Origin: Tolypothrix carrinoi HA7290-LM1
GTDB lineage: Bacteria > Cyanobacteriota > Cyanobacteriia > Cyanobacteriales > Nostocaceae
Direction: 5' to 3'
NCBI GenBank assembly: GCA_019358935.1
Contig: JAHHIK010000067.1
Span: 1 to 47,209 of the forward strand
Length of the DNA stretch: 47,209 nucleotides
Numbering within the stretch: the first letter of the stretch is position 1; every line of letters begins with the position of its first letter. Shown piece after piece: positions 10,269 to 19,504 of this stretch. The translations under genes were made by a program, and so were the position numbers. The notes below the pieces were generated by a model. It had not been told where the DNA came from. It did no database searches and was given only the letters and a program-made list of their open reading frames with translations.

Positions 10269-10612
10269 GCCAAGTTTTAACGCTGGAATTAAGCGATGAG
10301 ATGTATACATTCTTAAAGCAACAAGCTGAAGTTGCAGGTGTATCCATATCAGAGTGGATAACCACCTCTGTTGAACAACAGTCCGGTTTGCAGAAAAAAC
10401 AGCAAACTGAGGTAGAAAAAGAAGCAGCACGTCAGCGTTTCCGTCACCATGCTGGAGCTATTGACTTGGGCTACCCTACAGCAGGCAAGAATGAAAGCAG
10501 TGAACTACCCAACACTGACCTGAGTACAGGTACAGTGTGGGGCTTCTTCCGCTTCAAGCTAAAAATAATTAAGGACACCCATGAGAGAGTGTCCCTAGGA
10601 AAAATTGTTTGA
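10265..10612 (+). pseudogene. Antitoxin-like hypothetical protein with its C-terminus replaced by an IS end
   Basis: MSQVLTLELSDE..RFRHHAGAIDLGYPT; the reading runs into an IS605-type hairpin at 10500. Confidence 0.55.
10500..10548 (-). mobile_element. Orphan IS200/IS605-type end hairpin
   Basis: GTGAACTACCCAACACTGACCTGAGTACAGGTACAGTGTGGGGCTTC; the CCTG-AGTA-CAGG loop resembles the tnpB element end at about 33393-33406. Confidence 0.55.
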
Positions 10613-10637
10613 TCTCAAACTAATCTAAAATCCAAAA

Positions 10638-12689
<2,052 letters not shown>

Positions 12690-12964
12690 AAAACCTCCCT
12701 TGCGGTGAGCTACACCAGCCGCATTATGCTGATTTATTTTGGGTGACAATCTTTATACATGATTGTTACCCGTCTTTAATTTGTCATTATCCTTCTTTTA
12801 ACCTGGTTAACAAAAAATCGTAGCTTGTTGTAAGATTTACCTGAAGAAAATTTAAGTTGCACAAACTTTGATACAAAATTCCAAAGTTTTGTAAAATTAT
12901 TCAGTTAAAACCAAACTTTTTGTGAATGAAACGTCACTAAAGATGTTACGAGGAGCGAAAGTTA

Positions 12965-13894
12965 ATGAAATTATCATTCTATAAATATCGCATAGCTGGG
13001 CTGGTAAGTTTGATGTTACTGGCTGGTAGCATCGTCTTCCCCTCCCCCTCTCTCCCCCTCTCCCCCTCTCCCATAAAGCTGGCGCAATATAATAACAATC
13101 AAACTGCTACAGATTGGTTAAATCAAGGCTTGCAGGCGATAAATGTCGGAAGGGTTGAAGATGCGATCGCCTATTTTGGTCAAGCAATTAAGCTAGATCC
13201 GAATTTGGCACCGGCACATTATAATTTAGGGTTAGCGCTGCGACAGGTGGGACAATTACAACCTGCGGCAGATGCATTTTATCGCGCAACTCTAGCCGAT
13301 CCCAAATTTGCTCCGGCTTTTGCTAATTTGGGTGGATCGTTGTTGGAAGGTAATAATTTACAACAGGCAAATGATTACTTGCAACGAGCGTTGCAACTCG
13401 ATTCAAAGCTGGGTTTTGCTCATTATAATTTTGGCTTGCTACGAGAACAACAAGGCGATTGGGATAAAGCGATCGCATCTTTTAAAAAAGCAATGCAATA
13501 TAGTCAAAATGCTCCAGAACCAGCTTATCATTTGGGGATATGTTATCTTCAACAAAATAAAGTTGATAAAGCAAAAGATGCATTTCGCAAAGCTGTAAAA
13601 ATTAATCCGAAGTATTCAGAAGCTCATTATAATTTGGGAACGATTTGGTATAACCAAGGTAAATCACAAGAAGCTTTAGAAGCATTTAGAAAATCGGCTG
13701 AGGCAAACTCGAATTATCCCAACGCTTATTACGGTGCGGGGTTAGTTTTTATGCAATTAAGACAATATCCGTCAGCCGTACAGGTATTACAATATGCCAG
13801 AGATTTATATAATGCTCAGAATAATACTTTGTGGGCAAGAAATGCCGACCAATTGTTACAACAATTACAGAATTTAAATTATCAATCCCGTTGA
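12965..13894 (+). CDS. Secreted TPR-repeat protein
   Basis: Signal peptide followed by about 7 TPR units (AHYNLG..). Confidence 0.9.
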   Translation: MKLSFYKYRIAGLVSLMLLAGSIVFPSPSLPLSPSPIKLAQYNNNQTATDWLNQGLQAINVGRVEDAIAYFGQAIKLDPNLAPAHYNLGLALRQVGQLQPAADAFYRATLADPKFAPAFANLGGSLLEGNNLQQANDYLQRALQLDSKLGFAHYNFGLLREQQGDWDKAIASFKKAMQYSQNAPEPAYHLGICYLQQNKVDKAKDAFRKAVKINPKYSEAHYNLGTIWYNQGKSQEALEAFRKSAEANSNYPNAYYGAGLVFMQLRQYPSAVQVLQYARDLYNAQNNTLWARNADQLLQQLQNLNYQSR

Positions 13895-13963
13895 GGTGCG
13901 ATTGCTTCACATTGGGTAACAATAGAATTATTGGTTGGGCTGGTGTAGTCGTAAATTGTTCCC

Positions 13964-14530
13964 ATGAGAATGCAAATGTACAAGCAAAAGCGCTTCAAGA
14001 GTCAATTTTTATTAGGCGATCGCTGGTTTGATCGACATTCAATTGTTCGCAACATGGAGGCTTTCCAAGACTTAATCGTTATAGTTCTGTGTTTGACTTT
14101 GTTCGCTGTTATGGTAATGCAGTTGTGGGGGATATTTAACGCCCTCATGAAGCCATTAGATTATAAAATTGTGACAGCCAAGATACTATTCATCTTGATT
14201 TTGGTCGAGTTATTTCGATTGCTCATGGTTTACTTACAAGAGCATAGTATTTCTGTTGGCGTAGCAGTAGAGGTAACAATTGTATCTGTATTGCGAGAAG
14301 TAGTTGTTCACGGAGCGTTAGAAATTTCTTCGATGCAAACAGCAGCAATGTGTGGCTTATTGTTTATTCTCGGTGCGCTACTAGTTGTGTGTGCCAAAAC
14401 GCCACATATGGATTGCATTAGTGCTAATACCAAATCTTGCCCTATTAGGCATCGAGGAGGTAGAGAACATCAAAACGAGTTTGAATTCTCACATCCTCAT
14501 CACTGTGATGAAAATCAACCGGTTGCATAA
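13964..14530 (+). CDS. PsiE-family membrane protein
   Basis: ILFILILVELFRLLMVYL and EVTIVSVLREVV; four hydrophobic segments. Confidence 0.85.
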   Translation: MRMQMYKQKRFKSQFLLGDRWFDRHSIVRNMEAFQDLIVIVLCLTLFAVMVMQLWGIFNALMKPLDYKIVTAKILFILILVELFRLLMVYLQEHSISVGVAVEVTIVSVLREVVVHGALEISSMQTAAMCGLLFILGALLVVCAKTPHMDCISANTKSCPIRHRGGREHQNEFEFSHPHHCDENQPVA

Positions 14531-14750
14531 TCAATTCTCAGCCTGAGATGCCCGACTTTTTTCATAAGTCGGGGTTCTAAAGTCTTTCAGCACTTTGAAA
14601 ATGCAGCTACACGAGTGATGAAATTCAACAAGTGCCAGCAGGCATCATACTAAGGTTGTTAATAATGTATCTGTAACTACGCTTTTGGGCAGATGAATGA
14701 CTCTTTGAGGATGGGTACAAATTAATAAGTACCACTAGGAGGGTTAATTT

Positions 14751-14987
14751 ATGACTACAGGTAACGGAAATTCTCAACCTATTAGCGATCTTGAGTATGA
14801 TTTTATCACTGTGTTGCACAATAAGGCTGAAGCAGTTAAAGCTTACGACTCTTACATCCAAGACGCACAGCAAGCAGGTTCTCAACCTTGTGTAGAGTTG
14901 TTCGAGAAGTTGCGCTCCTCTGATATCGAACAAGCACAGGAAATCCGCCGCCATCTTCAACAAGTCATGCAGCATGGTAAAATGTAG
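14751..14987 (+). CDS. Small conserved hypothetical protein (ferritin-like helix pair)
   Basis: AGGAGG RBS; ISDLEYDFITVLHNKAEAVKAYDSYIQDAQ. Confidence 0.8.
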   Translation: MTTGNGNSQPISDLEYDFITVLHNKAEAVKAYDSYIQDAQQAGSQPCVELFEKLRSSDIEQAQEIRRHLQQVMQHGKM

Positions 14988-15158
14988 GTTGCTCCTGACG
15001 GGGTGTAAGTTTTGCGCCTAAATTTTGAATAGAATTAACAAAAAAGCGATCGCCTGCAAATTCCAGATAGAAGTTGGAAAAAGAGCGATCGCTTTTTGCC
15101 AGGAGTGTAAATAAACGCAAACTGAATGTAGTAAGCGGCTTTATCGTCGCTTCGCTCC

Positions 15159-15368
15159 TGGGTGTGGGGGAGCCAGTGCGGTGGGCGGCTCTGCCGACTT
15201 GTAGCATCTGGCGTTGTGGGGTGTGGGGTGTGGGGAAAACTTTCATGTTTTGTACATCCCACACCCAGGAGCAATTGGGTTTAAAACCCCACCGTCGCAA
15301 TAAGTGTCTCCAATTGGTTCGGTGCTGCACCGATCCAATTGACCCCTACACCCACTCAGCCACCCCCA
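15159..15368. repeat. Dispersed element with GGGTGTG/CACCCC heptamer arms and a nested hairpin repeat
   Basis: Inverted heptamer arms; same architecture at 37301-37492. Confidence 0.55.
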
Positions 15369-15476
15369 ACAAGAGCTGTTCAACCGTTAAAATTCTTGCA
15401 ATTGGGCAATTGAGCGATAAATCGCTCACTACATTGTAGAGTAATATACAGTCTACCTATTTATTAGAGCAAAATT

Positions 15477-15875
15477 ATGATTTTTGCTGGCAAACGACCG
15501 AACAATTTAGGTGTGAATAGTGGGAAATTAGCACCTTGCCCTAATAGCCCGAACTGTGTTTCTAGTCAAAGTTCGGATGTAGGTCATTCAATTGCAGCGC
15601 TGAGTTATAGTTCTACCCCAGAAGAAGCGATCGCTAAACTCAAAAGTGTGATTCAATCTTTGTCAAGAACCAAAATCATCACAGAAAGCAACGATTATTT
15701 GTATGCAGAATTTAAAAGCGCTTTGATGGGTTTTGTTGATGATGTAGAATTTTATCTAGACCGCAAAGCGAACGTTATCCAAGTTCGCTCTGCGTCGCGT
15801 TTGGGTCAAAGCGATTTGGGTGTAAATCGCAAACGCATAGAAACGATTAGAGCCAAACTAGCCGAAGTTCAATAG
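15477..15875 (+). CDS. DUF1499 family protein
   Basis: LAPCPNSPNCVSSQ, GFVDDVEF, RSASRLGQSDLGVNRKR. Confidence 0.92.
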   Translation: MIFAGKRPNNLGVNSGKLAPCPNSPNCVSSQSSDVGHSIAALSYSSTPEEAIAKLKSVIQSLSRTKIITESNDYLYAEFKSALMGFVDDVEFYLDRKANVIQVRSASRLGQSDLGVNRKRIETIRAKLAEVQ

Positions 15876-15924
15876 AACCAACTTTAGCTAGACGAAAATT
15901 AATGACTTTCTGTTTACGATCAAT

Positions 15925-16017
15925 CAAGATTTATGCAAAAACTCTCTCAAACCTCATTCCTCTGTGTCCTCTGCGCTCTCTGCGGTTCGTTTTCTGCTCC
16001 TAAAAGCGTAAGTCTTA
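15925..16017. repeat. Dispersed MITE-like repeat (CTCTGTGTC/CTCTGCG core)
   Basis: AAGATTTATGC..GCGTAAGTCTT termini; reverse-oriented relative at 39450-39533. Confidence 0.6.
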
Positions 16018-16056
16018 TGGATAATCAGTTCTTGTCACACAAAAAACCCCATCATT

Positions 16057-17598
16057 ATGACCCCAGCAGTTAGCACCGTAACCGTTTCCCCAATGGATCG
16101 GTATAATCAGGCGTTAATTGATAACCTTCATCCCCCAGATTGGGTTAACCCTGAACCTGCACCAAGTTACAACTTAGTTGTCATTGGTGCGGGTACGGCA
16201 GGATTGGTGACTGCTGCGGGTGCAGCGTTGTTAGGTGCGAAAGTGGCTTTGATAGAAAAGCATTTGATGGGTGGTGATTGTACTAATGTGGGTTGTGTAC
16301 CATCAAAAACGCTGATTCGCTCTGCGCGGGTAGTTGCAGATATCCATTACGCGCAAAAATTTGGCATTAACAAACCTCGTAATATTGATATTGATTTTCC
16401 CGCAGTGATGGAGCGGTTGCGACGAATACGGACAGAAATTAGTCCGAATGATTCTGCTAAACGCTTTCAGGAAGAATTCGGCGTAGATGTGTTTTTTGGC
16501 GAGGCTCGATTCAGAGATACTGATACGGTAGAAGTGGGAGAAAGTATTTTACACTTTAAAAAAGCGGCGATCGCTACAGGTTCGCGCCCTACTAAATTAC
16601 CGATTGATGGTTTAAATAAAGCTGGATATCTCACTAATGAAACGGTGTTTTCTCTGACACAATGCCCGAATCGATTGGCGGTAATTGGTGGAGGCTACAT
16701 CGGTTGCGAATTAGCTCAGACGTTTCAACGCTTAGGCTCACAAGTAATTTTACTACAAAAAGGTTCGCGTTTGCTGAGTCGTGAAGATGCTGAAGCAGCA
16801 GAGATTATTCAAAAAGCTTTTGTGCGCGAGGGTATTGAATTACTTTTTGAGTCGAAAATTAAACGCATTGAACGCAACGATGCAGAAAAAGTCATTCATT
16901 ACGAGATTAACGGACAAGAGTCAGCGCTTGCAGTTGATGAAATTTTAGTAGCGACAGGGCGATCGCCTAATGTGGAAAACTTGAATCTGGAAGCTGTGGG
17001 TGTAGAATACGATGAAAAGCAAGGTGTTATTATCAATGACTACTTACAGACAACGAATCCCCGGATTTATGCGGTGGGTGATGTCTGCATGAAGTGGAAG
17101 TTTACTCATGCTGCTGATGCTGCGGCTCGGATTGTGATTCAAAATGCGCTGTTTTCGATTTTTGGGCTGGGACGTAAAAAGCTGAGTTCTTTAATTATGC
17201 CTTGGTGTACTTATACCGACCCAGAAGTGGCTCATGTAGGTATGTATCCGGAAGAAGCTGAGGAGAAGGGTATTGAAGTTGATACATTTAGCGTTCCTCT
17301 CAACGATGTTGATCGAGCGATCGTTGATGGGGAAACTGAAGGATTTACCAAGTTATATGTAAAAAAGGGAACAGATAAGATTTTAGGAGCAACGATAGTC
17401 GCTCGACATGCGGGTGAGATGATTAGCGAGGTGACTTTAGCAATAACTAATAATTTGGGTTTGAGTGCGATCGCCAAAACAATTCACCCATATCCTACCC
17501 AAGCAGAAGCTATCCGCAAAGCCGCTGATAAGTATAGCATTGCCCGTTTAAACAGCTTTAAGAAGTTATCCTCGGCTTGGTTAGCGTGGAAACGTTAA
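16057..17598 (+). CDS. Pyridine nucleotide-disulfide oxidoreductase (MerA/LpdA-like)
   Basis: GAGTAG, GGDCTNVGCVPSK, GGGYIG, AVGD, HPYPTQAE; no C-terminal Cys pair. Confidence 0.9.
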   Translation: MTPAVSTVTVSPMDRYNQALIDNLHPPDWVNPEPAPSYNLVVIGAGTAGLVTAAGAALLGAKVALIEKHLMGGDCTNVGCVPSKTLIRSARVVADIHYAQKFGINKPRNIDIDFPAVMERLRRIRTEISPNDSAKRFQEEFGVDVFFGEARFRDTDTVEVGESILHFKKAAIATGSRPTKLPIDGLNKAGYLTNETVFSLTQCPNRLAVIGGGYIGCELAQTFQRLGSQVILLQKGSRLLSREDAEAAEIIQKAFVREGIELLFESKIKRIERNDAEKVIHYEINGQESALAVDEILVATGRSPNVENLNLEAVGVEYDEKQGVIINDYLQTTNPRIYAVGDVCMKWKFTHAADAAARIVIQNALFSIFGLGRKKLSSLIMPWCTYTDPEVAHVGMYPEEAEEKGIEVDTFSVPLNDVDRAIVDGETEGFTKLYVKKGTDKILGATIVARHAGEMISEVTLAITNNLGLSAIAKTIHPYPTQAEAIRKAADKYSIARLNSFKKLSSAWLAWKR

Positions 17599-17602
17599 TG
17601 TA

Positions 17603-17764
17603 GGGAGCATCCCAATTTGGCAAAAAGCCCTCAGGCTATAAGCCGCTGGCTCTACGAACAAAGCCTGCCTTCGCAGGCTCTAAAACTCATATAGCCTGCG
17701 AAGGCAGGCTTTGTTTGTGTAGCGATACCCTTCAAGGGTATTGCGGCAAAATTGGGATGCTCCC
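17603..17764. mobile_element. 162-bp MITE with 16-bp TIR and an imperfect 8-bp TSD
   Basis: GGGAGCATCCCAATTT..AAATTGGGATGCTCCC; flanks TTAATGTA and TTAATGCA; internal 22-bp inverted repeat. Confidence 0.85.
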
Positions 17765-17768
17765 TTAA

Positions 17769-18071
17769 TGCATCGACTGACAATGCGATTGTATCGAGTG
17801 ACAATGCGATTGTATCGAGTGACAATGCGATTGTATCGAGTGACAATGCCATTGCATCGAGTGACAATGCGATTGTATCGAGTGACAATGCGATTGTATC
17901 GGGTGACAATGCGATTGTATCGGGTGACAATGCCATTGCATCGAGTGACAATGCCATTGCATCGGGTGACAATGCCATTGCATCGAGTGACAATGCGATT
18001 GCATCGAGTGACAATGCGATTGTATCGGGTGACAATGCGATTGTATCGACTGACAATGCGATTATATCGAC
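17769..18071. repeat. 21-bp tandem array, 14 units (GACAATGCGATTGTATCGAGT consensus)
   Basis: GACAATG recurs every 21 nt from 17779 to 18052. Confidence 0.95.
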
Positions 18072-18339
18072 CTGCAAAAATTAACCCACCTTTGTTTAAC
18101 CTTGCCCTATCTAATACCAAATTGGCAAAGGATGTATGTTCCACAACAGGGTAAGTATATTTTTGCATCTATTAGTGAGATGAATTTAATCTCTACCCAG
18201 AGAAAGTTTTTACAAATAGCGAAAGCAAGTAAGGTGTTAACAACAACACCATGTTCAGTGTTGTTACTACAGCCAAGTCAAATTCTGCCTGAGATTTCTC
18301 GACCTATTCTCAATAATGTAAGTAAAGAGGATTTGTGCA

Positions 18340-18714
18340 ATGAAAAAGATGATAATTGCCTTGTTTATCATGCTTTCCTTGACCCTATCGCTAGGTCAGG
18401 GGCAAGCTCTTGCTGCAAGCGACTGCTTGAAAACGCTAAATACTGGCGCAGCTACAACCATACCAGTATTTTACGAAGACCAAGCTGCTTTCTACGGCTG
18501 GTCGGGAGGTGTGATTACTAATGATATGTACTACAACTCCTGCGGTTCAACTGTGACTCTCAAAGTTAACTATGCTGACTGGAACAAAGCCCGAGAAGCA
18601 GGAAAGCTAGATGGAATTCGATATATATACAAAGCAAAGGATGGTCCAATTCAGGTTAGGAAGGTTGCAGGAACTCAACCCACGGATGTGAAAATTGAGG
18701 ATTTCTACAGCTAA
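18340..18714 (+). CDS. Secreted hypothetical protein
   Basis: GAGG RBS, signal peptide ending ALA, two Cys, downstream hairpin. Confidence 0.75.
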   Translation: MKKMIIALFIMLSLTLSLGQGQALAASDCLKTLNTGAATTIPVFYEDQAAFYGWSGGVITNDMYYNSCGSTVTLKVNYADWNKAREAGKLDGIRYIYKAKDGPIQVRKVAGTQPTDVKIEDFYS

Positions 18715-18722
18715 GGAAGACT

Positions 18723-18755
18723 AAGACCCTCACCAATTTACTGATGAGGGTTTTC
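18723..18755 (+). terminator. Putative intrinsic terminator
   Basis: GACCCTCA..TGAGGGTT stem followed by T residues. Confidence 0.5.
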
Positions 18756-18884
18756 GCTTTGAAGCTGACATCATCGGCTAGTCTTTCCTAAATTGGGAGA
18801 ATGTATTCAGAATGGCGATCGCTCTTTTAGTCTGCAAGACTCGTGAGCGATCGCACTATTGTTGCTCACTAACAACCCTCATCA

Positions 18885-18945
18885 GTTAACTTTTAATCGC
18901 ACCTCTGACTAAAATCACCGTACTCTCTACATTAGATGCGATCGC
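18885..18945 (-). repeat. Duplicate of the CLC gene 3' end (matches 19504-19564), bounded by HIP1
   Basis: 61 bp with 4 mismatches; includes the stop codon and ends at GCGATCGC. Confidence 0.92.
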
Positions 18946-18955
18946 GAAGTGACTT

Positions 18956-19453
18956 TTATTTTTTTTCAGCGCAGCCTTCTAAAACTGTGTTATTCAGGAT
19001 GAAAGTTGCTGAGTAAGGATACTGTTTGTCAGACATTCCATCGCTACAGGTACTATCTTTCTTAATAATTAACATACTGTTGGGTTTACCCTGCAATCGG
19101 TAAACTCTTACTATGTCTGCGGTACGCCCTGCGGCTTTGATTGGTGTAACATAAGGAAAAGTTTGCTTTTTTGCATTTGGCGAAGAGTAGACAATTCCGC
19201 TTTTGCTTACAGTTACATTCCAAAACGGTTCAGTACCTACGCTATTAAATTCATCAATTTTAGTGTTATTTTGAGCTATTAAAGGTGGTGCGTCATTGGC
19301 GAAACTGCTATTACCAGTGAATAAGATTGCACCAAATCCGAGTATAATCACATAGCTAATACCATTTGGGATTTGAGATTTGTTGCTATGCAAGCGTTTC
19401 AACAATCCATTTGTCGCAATCATTTTTTATATTGGTATAATTTTATTTTTCAT
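18956..19453 (-). CDS. COG3650-like secreted protein with a MITE in its 5' end
   Basis: GTEPFW and CSDGMSD..YPY..GCA motifs. Original start MKNKI at 19453; the current open frame starts at 19423. Confidence 0.75.
19360..19437. mobile_element. 78-bp MITE with a TAA target duplication
   Basis: TAA|TACCATTT..ATTGGTA|TAA; removal restores MKNKISYVIILG. Confidence 0.8.
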
Positions 19454-19504
19454 GTTTTAATTTTCACATGAAATATGTTTATTTTGCGTCTTTGTAGATA
19501 AAGG

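Noticed and set aside
16057..17598. True mercuric reductase merA
   Set aside because: No C-terminal Cys-Cys, no N-terminal metal-binding domain and no mer operon.
17652..18168. Heptad-repeat ORFs over the 21-bp array (also 38064-38510)
   Set aside because: Open in several frames on both strands simply because the unit lacks stops; no convincing RBS or consistent synonymous variation.
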